Source of the DNA: Vulcanimicrobiota bacterium
Lineage (GTDB): Bacteria > Vulcanimicrobiota > Vulcanimicrobiia > Vulcanimicrobiales > Vulcanimicrobiaceae
Direction of reading: 5' to 3'
Length of the DNA stretch: 64,000 nt
Assembly (NCBI GenBank): GCA_963820825.1
Contig: CAWGBN010000008.1
Location: 224,001-288,000 of the forward strand
Shown: positions 9,501-17,200 of the stretch, piece after piece
How positions within the stretch are numbered: position 1 is the stretch's first letter
How the letters are laid out: each line of letters starts with the position of its first letter
Program-made: the position numbers and the translations under genes
The notes under the pieces: model-generated
Database searches by the model: none
What the model saw: the letters and a program-made list of their open reading frames with translations, nothing else
What the model was told of the DNA's origin: nothing

Positions 9501-10421
9501 GCCGTTATTCTGATCGATATAGCGGAAGGCTTGGTTGTAACCGCTCAGACCGACGTAGTACGAGAAGTTCCGGTCGGGAGTCGACCCGCCGGCTTCAACG
9601 CCGAACTGATGGTAGAACGCGTTCGACCCGATGCCGCCGTTGATGTTGGCGTAGCCCGGGAAGGTACCGGTCTTGATAACCTGGTTGATGAAACCGGAGA
9701 CGCCGTTCGAAGCGATCGCCGACGGACCACCGCCGGTGTAGACTTCGAGCTGCTGCAAGCCGAGGCTCGACCCGGTCGAAGACGTGTAGTTGTCAAAGGC
9801 GCGGTTGACCGGAATACCGTCGTACTCGAACCCGCTGAAGAACGGATTCGAGCCGTGGATGACGACCGGCTGGTTCCAGCCCATGCCGCCCGTTCCAACG
9901 ATCAAACCCGGCGTCGTCGCGATGGCCGAGTAGATGCTATTCAGGTTGCCGCCGCCGCCGACGGCCGTGGAGGCCTGAATCTGCGCGGCGTTGACTTGAT
10001 ACAGGTCGCTGCTGATACCGGACTTGACCAAGCCCGTGGCACCAGCCGTCGAGGTTGTGTGCGCAATGACCTTGAGCTGTTTGGTCATGGTCAGTGCGAT
10101 TTGTTGCGTCTGGTCGGCGAAGACCGTAACGCCGGGAAACGAAATGTCCTGATATCCGCTTTTGCTTAAATTGACGGTGTAGGTATCAGGATTGAGCGAG
10201 AGGAGAATGAAATGCCCTCCCGCGTCCGTCGTGGTGGTCGAGACTCCCGAGGCGGCGACTGCCTGCACACTTACGTCGGCAATCGGTGCGCCGCTCGAAT
10301 CCTTGACCGTACCCGCGATGTTACCGGTGACGCCAGCCAGTGCCCATGTTCCCTGGAGCAGGAAAGCCACCAATAACGACGCGGCGGTGACCGCGTGACG
10401 GAGGGTTCGATGTGAACTCAT
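6552..10421 (-). CDS. TonB-dependent outer-membrane receptor with N-terminal carboxypeptidase-regulatory-like domain (1289 aa)
   Basis: Signal peptide; GNIAGTVKDSSGAPIADVSV N-domain; plug motif FEYDGIPVN...LEVYTGG...SGFINQVIKTG; barrel strands ALRYD, EPRISGTY; GAGGG RBS. Confidence 0.9.
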   Translation of the reverse strand: MSSHRTLRHAVTAASLLVAFLLQGTWALAGVTGNIAGTVKDSSGAPIADVSVQAVAASGVSTTTTDAGGHFILLSLNPDTYTVNLSKSGYQDISFPGVTVFADQTQQIALTMTKQLKVIAHTTSTAGATGLVKSGISSDLYQVNAAQIQASTAVGGGGNLNSIYSAIATTPGLIVGTGGMGWNQPVVIHGSNPFFSGFEYDGIPVNRAFDNYTSSTGSSLGLQQLEVYTGGGPSAIASNGVSGFINQVIKTGTFPGYANINGGIGSNAFYHQFGVEAGGSTPDRNFSYYVGLSGYNQAFRYIDQNNGGGITNYGSAFSNYDALGQIPGVFGFGGNPWGNGTYGACTAANLQSTPSEYNPFFDQWLAKQYGIPTSYVTFDSYLKAPGGDLAPGCLIPYSGLMGFENFLTDRENVVNLHMGIPHHNGLRDDVQLLWSASALKSYFQSAPNDAGPGATNFGFAKVGWYGYSPQGLGIVGPYQAQYTDAITYNQPFGSRIASCETVSASGVCTAGLNVAPTQVYSQPNSPQHSFDGTIPGNLTDLTNNDTGIVKLQYTHALDPRSFLRVYAYTFFSDWTEDGPVSGSSPLAFEYPFSGVAPDYDLITHTSGGQLQYTNQINDQNLIQVTGNYTQASVVRFNNTGYAGGASPIGYISQSNGVYSCWDPSTGQPSSNGCISGYRSNAAGGPTGFAPPGSPAAKAGAYWASLWNYNASGTYNQVKPQFYNAAISDQLRPNDKWLFDMALRYDSFTYNLPSGFSQAQNPFYAQIVNDYVCYNYNTGQVLTNPLGAGAVPPPTPVLTTGSCSDIAPGYIHPGQTNKPFTLSYPSQYTQTYWEPRISGTYTQSPDTVWRFSAGRYAEPPISASVNYLYRGGSGVNLWASFMNAGFLSPFHPIPGMSSGQYSLSYEHHMSGTQWSLKVTPFYNATSNWEQQSFIGANFVTQIPVGQAQSYGSELALNYGDFSRNGWSGTLALTYTQSQVKFQNLLGQSQVNLVNQAIANYNQLTKAGGGSQCYSGAGLTTGFGTPESCKKAGAIYNMYYNKSPQGFLDPNAWYPQGSLALALSGGNNNPSFYNTPWVATILANWRHDKLAITPSLQFESGAPYGSPLDTIANDPRTCTNNQGMDGVADNPHFGQPGSSLWCDYRTIVSGSAATASKYPAAGYLYIPNPQTGSYASIGQYTQPNILIGNLQATYDVSPRVRLQLTGAGIFHACWGGTAEPWTAAAPPGGAICGYLPNGWYTANAFNGTSPYDKHANPTPMAWETQSYIPKSNNTSGGYLPFNLYITGQIRL

Positions 10422-10620
10422 GTTCGTGCTACCCTCTATCGATTTTAAGTTGTCAAAAGGCGAGCCGCCCCGCTTGTCCCGGCCCGCACTCGGCCCGGGA
10501 CCCACACAAGGTGACCCACGTTCCCAAGCATTTGCTCAGGAAAGGGTCGGTTCCTTTAGAGAGCCTTAACGCTGGGCGTCAGGCGCGGTTGCCTCACCCG
10601 GCAGTCCGGGCGGGCCTGAT

Positions 10621-11499
10621 TTAGGCTCGGACCGCCAGCCGCTCGCCGATGACCCCGGGGATCTCAGAGAGGCGTTCCGCGACCGGCACCCCGGCGGCGC
10701 GGAAGGCCGAAATCTTGCTCTGAGGCGTCCCGAAACTGCCGGAGATGATCGCTCCGGCGTGGCCCAGGGACTTGCCGGGCGGGGCGTTGCGCCCTCCGAT
10801 GAAGGCGACGACCGGGGTCTCGGGGAGGTGCGCGGCGATAAAAGCGGCGGCCTCCTCCTCGTCCGAACCGCCGATCTCGCCGCAGATCACGATCGCCTTG
10901 GTTTGGGGATCGTTCTTGAACTCCCGCAGGCACTCCACGAAGGTGGTGCCGATGATCGGGTCGCCCCCCACCCCGATGCAGGTGGATTGGCCGAGCCCGG
11001 CCCGGGTAAGCAGATCGACCACCTCGTAGGTGAGCGTCCCCGACCGCGAGACGACGCCGACGGCGCCCTCTTTGAAGACCTGGCCGGGCATGATGCCGAC
11101 CAGCGCCTTGCCGGGTGAGACGAGGCCCGGACAGTTCGGTCCGATGATGCGCATCCCGGAGGTGGCGCCGACCACCTTGAGCGTGTCGTGGACCGGAACG
11201 CCCTCGGTGATACAGACGGCGAAGGTGATCCCGGCATCGTAGGCTTCGTAGAGTGCGTCGGCCGCGAAGGGGGGCGGAACGAAGATGCAGGTGTGCGTCG
11301 CTCCCGTGGCATCGACCGCCTCTCGCACCGTATTGAAGACCGGCAGACCCTGGGGGGTCGCCTGTCCACCCTTGCCCGGCGTGACGCCGCCGACGAGATT
11401 GGTGCCGTAGCGGTGCATGCGCTCCGTGTGATAGGAGCCTTCGGCCCCGGTGATGCCCTGCACGATCACTCGGCTGTTCTTATCGAGAAAGATCGACAC
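10621..11499 (-). CDS. sucD: Succinate--CoA ligase alpha subunit
   Basis: VIVQGITG, GVTPGKGG, IGPNCPG, SRSGTLTYE, GHAGAII (phospho-His). Confidence 0.97.
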   Translation of the reverse strand: MSIFLDKNSRVIVQGITGAEGSYHTERMHRYGTNLVGGVTPGKGGQATPQGLPVFNTVREAVDATGATHTCIFVPPPFAADALYEAYDAGITFAVCITEGVPVHDTLKVVGATSGMRIIGPNCPGLVSPGKALVGIMPGQVFKEGAVGVVSRSGTLTYEVVDLLTRAGLGQSTCIGVGGDPIIGTTFVECLREFKNDPQTKAIVICGEIGGSDEEEAAAFIAAHLPETPVVAFIGGRNAPPGKSLGHAGAIISGSFGTPQSKISAFRAAGVPVAERLSEIPGVIGERLAVRA

Positions 11500-11502
11500 G
11501 CT

Positions 11503-12672
11503 TTACGCTCCCTGTGAAAGGCGCACCGCTTCGTGCGCTCCTTCATCCATCGTCTCTACCGGCGTCATCCCCGCCCCGCGCAGAATCCGGCGTCCCTCTT
11601 CTTCGTTGGTCCCCGTCAGACGGATCACGAGCGGAATCTTTCGCGAGGCCGTCTGCTCCATCGCTTGCACGATTCCACGCGCGACCTCGTCGCCGCGGGT
11701 TATACCGCCAAAAATGTTGACGAAGAAAACCGTCGCGCCGGTATTGTTGACGACCAGCTCGTAACAGTTGCGTACGCGCTGCGCGTTCGCACCGCCGCCG
11801 ACGTCGAGGAAATCGGCGACCTCGCCGCCCGCGTTGGCCACGGAGTCCATGGTCGCCATCGCCAGCCCCGCGCCGTTCGCCATCGTCCCGACTCTGCCGG
11901 GGAAGCGGCGAAAGTTCCGGATGCCGACGCCGGCGCTGGCCGCGAGCAGCTCGTCTTCGTCGAGCGGAAGCGCCATGCGCCATTGCTCGAACTCGGGATT
12001 GCGAAAGAGCGCGTCGTCGTCGAGCTCGACTTTTGCATCCGATGCAATCACTCGTCCGTCGGTCGTGAGCGCTAACGGATTGATCTCGACGAGCTTAGCG
12101 CCGTACCGGAAGAAGAGATCGTAGAGCGCGCCGACGATCGGGGGCAGGTGCTTGCGATATCCGGGATCGAGCTGCGCTTCGAAGGCGAGCTCGCGGCCAA
12201 TGAAGGGCGAATACCCGATCGTCGTATCGACGTAAAACTTCGCGATCGATTCGGGATGGTGCTCGGCCACCTCTTCGATGTCCATGCCGCCGAAGCGGCT
12301 CACGACGATCACCGGTTTGCGCGCCGCCCGATCGATCGTAATCGCGCAGTAGGCTTCTTTAGCGATGTCGAGGCGCTCTTCGACGAGCAGCGACTTGATC
12401 GGCTCGCCGTTGGGATTCTGGCGATTCGGCGGCATCGGCGTCGCCACGATCTCTTCGGCGACGGTGCGTCCCTGAGCGACGCCGGTCGCCATCTTGATCT
12501 TACCGGCCTTTCCACGCCCGCCCATGAGCACTTGCGCCTTGACGACCCACTCCTCGGGCTTTCCTTCGAGAAACTCGGCAACCGCTTGCGGCGACGGCGC
12601 GTGGCGGCCTTGCGGGACTGCGATGCCCGAGCGCTTGAAGAGCTCTTTGCCCTGGTATTCCATCAGATTCAT
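11503..12672 (-). CDS. sucC: Succinate--CoA ligase beta subunit
   Basis: MNLMEYQGKELF, KAQVLMGGRGKAG, EINPL, NGAGLAMATMD, FLDVGGGA, NIFGGI. Confidence 0.97.
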   Translation of the reverse strand: MNLMEYQGKELFKRSGIAVPQGRHAPSPQAVAEFLEGKPEEWVVKAQVLMGGRGKAGKIKMATGVAQGRTVAEEIVATPMPPNRQNPNGEPIKSLLVEERLDIAKEAYCAITIDRAARKPVIVVSRFGGMDIEEVAEHHPESIAKFYVDTTIGYSPFIGRELAFEAQLDPGYRKHLPPIVGALYDLFFRYGAKLVEINPLALTTDGRVIASDAKVELDDDALFRNPEFEQWRMALPLDEDELLAASAGVGIRNFRRFPGRVGTMANGAGLAMATMDSVANAGGEVADFLDVGGGANAQRVRNCYELVVNNTGATVFFVNIFGGITRGDEVARGIVQAMEQTASRKIPLVIRLTGTNEEEGRRILRGAGMTPVETMDEGAHEAVRLSQGA

Positions 12673-12739
12673 CGGGCTCGTGTGGTTCGCGCAGGGTCGT
12701 CGAACTCACCTTGCTGCTTTCGTCGCAAGCCGTGATAGA

Positions 12740-13166
12740 ATGGCTGTGAGCAGCACGATGGAAGAGCGCATTGCCCGGCTCGAGGGCGTCAACGAACAGA
12801 TCCGGGATCGGCTCAACGGCATCGACGTACGCCTCAACGGCATCGACGCTCGACTCACCGGCGTCCAGCGCACGATCGAAGACCGATTCAATCAGCTTCT
12901 CGAACGGATCGACTCTCACGCCGCCCAAACCGACTCCCGGTTCGGTCAAATCGATACGAGGTTTGGTCAGATCGAGAACCGCTTCGGTCAGATCGACTCG
13001 CGCTTCGTTCAGATCGACACGCGCTTCGGTCAGATCGACTCGCGCTTCGGTCAGATCGACTCGCGCTTCGGTCAGATCGACTGGTCGGCCGCGCTTTATG
13101 TGGCTTACCGGCGTCGTGATCGGCACCTGGATCACGACGATCCTAACGATCCTCTTTCACCATTAG
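12740..13166 (+). CDS. Heptad-repeat coiled-coil protein with C-terminal TM anchor; interrupted by a 7-nt insertion at 13083-13089
   Basis: MEERIARLEG...(DSRFGQI)x7, then in a shifted frame RFMWLTGVVIGTWITTILTILFHH*; start uncertain (12740, 12746 or 12758). Confidence 0.75.
12932..13078 (+). repeat. Seven tandem 21-bp coding repeats (consensus GACTCGCGCTTCGGTCAGATC)
   Basis: Directly visible; the last copies are identical and earlier ones carry mostly synonymous or conservative changes. Confidence 0.95.
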
Positions 13167-14323
13167 TCGAATCGCCCGAGCAGCGAGCGAGCGATGATCA
13201 GCTGCTGGATCTCCGAGGTGCCCTCGTAGATCTCGGTGATCTTCGCGTCGCGATAGTGCCGCTCGACTGCAAACTCGCTCGTGTAGCCGTAGCCTCCGTG
13301 AATCTGCAGCGCCTCGGCCGCGTGCTTTCTCGCCGCCGTCGAGGCAAAGAGTTTGGCTTTGCTGGCCGCGAGCGCGAAGCTCTCGCCGGCATCGGCGAGC
13401 GCCGCAGCTCGATAGTTGAGCAGTCGCGCGGCATCGAGATCCATCGCCATCTGCGCGATCTTGAACGAGACGCCTTCAAACGCACCGATCGGCTTGCCGA
13501 AGGCGAGTCGCTCTCTCGCGAACTTCACCGACTCGTCGACGCACGCTGCAAGAATTCCGATCGCTTGCGCCGCGATGCCGATACGGCCCGCGGTCAACGC
13601 GGTCATCGCGTTGCCGAAGCCGGCATTCTCCTCGCCGAGCAACGCATCATCGCCGAGCTCGACTCCGTCGAAGGATAGATCGCACGTATTGCTCGTGTGG
13701 ATTCCGAGCTTCTCGGTGACGCGTTCGATCGTGATGCCGGGAAGACTCGCTTCGATCAAAAAAGCACTCACCCCGCGCGGACCCGGCCCTCCGGTGCGAA
13801 ACATGCCCATGATGAGGCCGGCGTAGCTGCCCGAAGTGCACCACTGCTTTCTTCCGTGCAGCACGTATCCGCCGCTCGACCGCTTCGCGGTTGCGCGCAG
13901 CGCGGCGGCATCCGATCCGGCATCGGATTCGGTCAGCGCGAATCCGGCGATCACGTCGCCGGCGGCAAGCGGCGGCAGCCAGCGTTCCTTTTGTTCGGCG
14001 GTTCCGAGCCTGCAAATCGCCGAGCAGATCATCGAATGGACCGAGACCGTCACCGCGGTTCCCGCATCGACGCGTGCGAGCTCCTCGATTGCCAGCGCGT
14101 ACGAAAGATAGTCGGCGCCGGCGCCGCCGTACTCGTCGGGGACGAGAATCCCCATGATTCCCGCGTCGGTGAGTATCTTGTAGAGCTCGCGCGGAAAGAC
14201 GTGGTCGCGATCCCACCGCGCGACGTTCGGTGCGATCTCTCGCTGCGCGATCTCGGCCGCCAACGCACCGATCGCGCGTTGCTCGCCGGTTAACTCAAAC
14301 TGCCCCCGCTGCGCTGAAAGCAT
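13163..14323 (-). CDS. Acyl-CoA dehydrogenase (butyryl-CoA/short-chain type)
   Basis: FALTESDAGSD, GRKQWCT, GRIGIAAQA, QIHGGYGY, IYEGTSEIQ. Confidence 0.95.
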   Translation of the reverse strand: MLSAQRGQFELTGEQRAIGALAAEIAQREIAPNVARWDRDHVFPRELYKILTDAGIMGILVPDEYGGAGADYLSYALAIEELARVDAGTAVTVSVHSMICSAICRLGTAEQKERWLPPLAAGDVIAGFALTESDAGSDAAALRATAKRSSGGYVLHGRKQWCTSGSYAGLIMGMFRTGGPGPRGVSAFLIEASLPGITIERVTEKLGIHTSNTCDLSFDGVELGDDALLGEENAGFGNAMTALTAGRIGIAAQAIGILAACVDESVKFARERLAFGKPIGAFEGVSFKIAQMAMDLDAARLLNYRAAALADAGESFALAASKAKLFASTAARKHAAEALQIHGGYGYTSEFAVERHYRDAKITEIYEGTSEIQQLIIARSLLGRFD

Positions 14324-14342
14324 ATCTCTAAGCTACCGAATC

Positions 14343-14447
14343 CATCTCGGAATTGATTTTGTTCAGATCGCGGAAGCGAGACCCGAAGTTTACTACGGTA
14401 AACGAGGGTTGAGCCGACAAAGAGCTGGACAAAATCAAACCGAGATG
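14343..14447. repeat. Structured ~105-nt element with ~24-bp terminal inverted repeats and internal tetraloop hairpins
   Basis: CATCTCGGAATTGATTTTGTTCAG (14343-14366) pairs with CTGGACAAAATCAAACCGAGATG (14425-14447); inside are TCGC-GGAA-GCGA and GTTTAC-TACG-GTAAAC. Confidence 0.7.
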
Positions 14448-15769
14448 AGCATCGCGTCGCCTTGGCCGCCTCCCGAACAAATCGCAGCGATACCCAAGCC
14501 GCCACCTCGCTTGCGAAGCTGATTGATCACCGTCGCCGCGATGCGCGCCCCGGAGGCGCCGATCGGATGGCCCATCGCGACCGCGCCGCCCCAGGTATTG
14601 ATCAATCCCTCTTCGAGCCCGAGACGCCGCGCCGCGGTAATCGCCACGGCGGCGAAGGCTTCGTTGATCTCCCACACCGCGATGTCGCCGGGCTGCAATC
14701 CGGTTCGGTCGAGCAGCTTACGCGCCGCCATCGCCGGCGTCAAACTGATGTACGGAGAGTCCCACGCGATCGTCGCGTGCTCGACGATGGTTGCGAGCGC
14801 TTCGTAACCGTGCTCCGCGGCGTATTGCGCGTCGGCGAGGATCATCGCGGCGGCGCCGTCGTTCACGCCCGGCGCATTTCCGGCGGTCACCGTTCCGTTT
14901 CGTTCCAGCGGGCGCAGTTTTGCCATCGCTTCGAGGCTGGTGTCGCCGCGGACCGCTTCGTCGCGATCGACGACCGCGTGCGGAACGTCGCCGGTTACGA
15001 ACGGTGCGTACGCCGCGTAGTCGAGCGTAAATTCTTGCGAGGGTTCGTGCTCCCAGACGTGCCCCGCGGCGCCGACGGCGGCGGGCACGCGCGCGCGACC
15101 CTGCCGCGGAAGCTGCTCGACGACGACTCTGTCTTTCGCTTTGGTCGCGACGTTGACCGCGACGATCTCATCGCCGAAGTGTCCTGCGGCATGCGCGGCG
15201 CCGGCGCGGCGATGGCTTTCGTAGGCAAAGCGATCCTGCTCTTCCCGTGTGAGACCGAGCTCGGTTGCAACCTTGCTGCCCTGCGCCGCCATCGTCATCG
15301 GAAAGTACTGGTCCCAGAGACCGTCGTAGATCATCGCGTCGACGAGCGCACCGTCGCCGAAACGATAGCCGTAGCGCGCGTCGCGCAAGAGATACGGCGC
15401 ATTCGACATCGACTCCATGCCGCCGGCCGCGACGACCGCGTTCGCTCCCGCATTGATCGAACGCATCGCGTTGACGATGGCGAGCAGACCCGACGCACAG
15501 ACTTTGTTGACGGTATCGGCCGTCACCGTCTTGGCGAGTCCCGACTTGAAAACCACTTGCCGCGCGGGATTCTGTCCCACGCCGGCCTGCAAGACTTCGC
15601 CGAACGATACGTGTTCGATCTCCGACGGATCGATCTTGGCGCGCTCGATTGCGCCGGTCAATGCGACCGCGCCGAGCGTCGTGGCGGAGAGCGGAGCGAG
15701 CGCTCCTCCGAGTTTGCCGAACGGCGTACGCGCCATTCCGATTACAACGGCCTTTGAGTTCGTCATCAT
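14435..15769 (-). CDS. Acetyl-CoA C-acyltransferase (thiolase)
   Basis: RTPFG, NKVCASG, GGMESMS, NDGAAA, NEAF, GHPIGASG, CSGGG motifs. Confidence 0.95.
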   Translation of the reverse strand: MMTNSKAVVIGMARTPFGKLGGALAPLSATTLGAVALTGAIERAKIDPSEIEHVSFGEVLQAGVGQNPARQVVFKSGLAKTVTADTVNKVCASGLLAIVNAMRSINAGANAVVAAGGMESMSNAPYLLRDARYGYRFGDGALVDAMIYDGLWDQYFPMTMAAQGSKVATELGLTREEQDRFAYESHRRAGAAHAAGHFGDEIVAVNVATKAKDRVVVEQLPRQGRARVPAAVGAAGHVWEHEPSQEFTLDYAAYAPFVTGDVPHAVVDRDEAVRGDTSLEAMAKLRPLERNGTVTAGNAPGVNDGAAAMILADAQYAAEHGYEALATIVEHATIAWDSPYISLTPAMAARKLLDRTGLQPGDIAVWEINEAFAAVAITAARRLGLEEGLINTWGGAVAMGHPIGASGARIAATVINQLRKRGGGLGIAAICSGGGQGDAMLISV

Positions 15770-15811
15770 AGCAGTCGCTCGATTCGCGACGGGGAGGGCG
15801 CGCCCTGCGGT

Positions 15812-17200
15812 TTATTCGTCGTCGGGGGCGCGACCCGAGGGCTCCTGCGAAAGGAAGTACGCGCGCGAGTACGGAGCGTCAATCGGCCGGAACCTCCGCG
15901 CCGGTTGCTTGAAATTGAAGACGTCGGTCATCGTGTACGCCCGCCCGTCGGTGTAGCCGCCGCCGAGTCCGAGCGAGGAGAGCGACGGAAGCGCGAAGGC
16001 CTCTTCTACGAGCTGAAGGATGCTGCCGAATTCATATTCGGTATGGGATACGTAACCTTTGCGCGCGTACGCCGAGATGACGATGCACGGCACGCGTTCG
16101 CCGAGCCCGCGAAAATCGAGTTGGGGCGGCGAAACGTGATCGTACCATCCGCCCCAGTCGTCCCAAACGACGACGATCGCGGTCGAATCCCAATAGGGCG
16201 ATTCGCCGATTGCGTTGACGACGCTCGAGACCCACGAAGGGCCGCCCGTCGCCCCCGCGCCGGCATGATCGGAGTTCTTCCAGTCGGGAATGACCCACGC
16301 AACGCTTGGAAGTTTGCCCGCGGGTATATCCTGCAGCACCCGGCGCGGCGGCGAGATCACGCTGCGCGACCAATCGGGGCCGTGGCGAATCGACGCAATC
16401 GAATCGAACTCCGACCAGACTCGTCCGCCGGCATCTCGACCACCGACCAGCGGCGCGTAGTACGCCCACGAGACGCTCGCGCGATCCAAAAGCTCCGCGA
16501 GCGTTGCGAACTGCGTGAAGCACGGAAAGGGCCCGGCGCCGAGCGTTTCGTTGCGCGCCGTGTCGACCACCGACGTTTTCGTGCCGCCGGGCGCATCGCA
16601 TCCCCAGGGCATCCCCGACGGCGAGTCGGCCTCGGATCTGCCCATCTGCAGGTTCGTCGTCGCGGCGATCAGGTCGAGATGCGCGGTGAAGCTGCCGCCG
16701 AACATCGTTGCGAACATATTGTCGGCGAGCACGTACTGCTGCGCCATGCTCCAATACGGCTCGATGTAACGGCGGTCGACGTACCGATAGGCGTACTCGC
16801 CGGCCTGCGCGCCGTTGCGCAATTTGTTCTCGTCGAACCGGTCCATTCGGCCGCCGTTCCAGTCATTGACTCCGTCGCGCCAGCCGTGGGAGATATCCTG
16901 ACCGAGCAGCGAGGTCGGCCGAAGCGTTATCCTGCTTCCGTCGTGCCCGTAGCCGTACGTCGCGGTGTTGGCGCCTTTGAAGCCGTGAAAGAAATTGTCG
17001 AAGCTGCGATTCTCTTGCACGATGATGACCACGTGCTTGATATGTTCGCGCACCAGGCGCGGCGGCGGCGGCAATTGCGGGGGCGGTCCGGGCGTGCCGG
17101 TAACCGGTGGAATGTTCGAATCGCTCGACCCGCCACCACCGCCGCAGCCGGCGGCAATCGCCGCGAGCGCGACGACAAAGACCGCGCCGCGCCCGTTCAA
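15812..17200 (-). CDS. Phosphoesterase / phospholipase C family lipoprotein
   Basis: Lipobox IAAGC; IKHVVIIVQENRSFDN, LADNMF, SDH, WDDWGGWYDHV, GERVP; TTG start overlapping the CDF stop. Confidence 0.9.
   Translation of the reverse strand: MNGRGAVFVVALAAIAAGCGGGGGSSDSNIPPVTGTPGPPPQLPPPPRLVREHIKHVVIIVQENRSFDNFFHGFKGANTATYGYGHDGSRITLRPTSLLGQDISHGWRDGVNDWNGGRMDRFDENKLRNGAQAGEYAYRYVDRRYIEPYWSMAQQYVLADNMFATMFGGSFTAHLDLIAATTNLQMGRSEADSPSGMPWGCDAPGGTKTSVVDTARNETLGAGPFPCFTQFATLAELLDRASVSWAYYAPLVGGRDAGGRVWSEFDSIASIRHGPDWSRSVISPPRRVLQDIPAGKLPSVAWVIPDWKNSDHAGAGATGGPSWVSSVVNAIGESPYWDSTAIVVVWDDWGGWYDHVSPPQLDFRGLGERVPCIVISAYARKGYVSHTEYEFGSILQLVEEAFALPSLSSLGLGGGYTDGRAYTMTDVFNFKQPARRFRPIDAPYSRAYFLSQEPSGRAPDDE

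Noticed and set aside
8235..10169. 644-aa plus-strand ORF
   Set aside because: Antisense shadow of the TBDT caused by codon bias; no recognisable motifs
10422..10620. Cobalamin or TPP riboswitch upstream of the TBDT (or of kamD)
   Set aside because: I could not find the B12-box or TPP consensus by eye, and kamD has no leader space; an Rfam scan would be decisive
12932..13078. 21-bp direct repeats as a possible CRISPR array
   Set aside because: No spacers, period is a multiple of three with codon-position variation, and no cas genes; it is a coding tandem repeat
12494..13678. 394-aa ORF as a single real protein
   Set aside because: Only about 12740-13082 is credible; the rest is antisense to sucC or the acyl-CoA dehydrogenase and results from the 7-nt insertion
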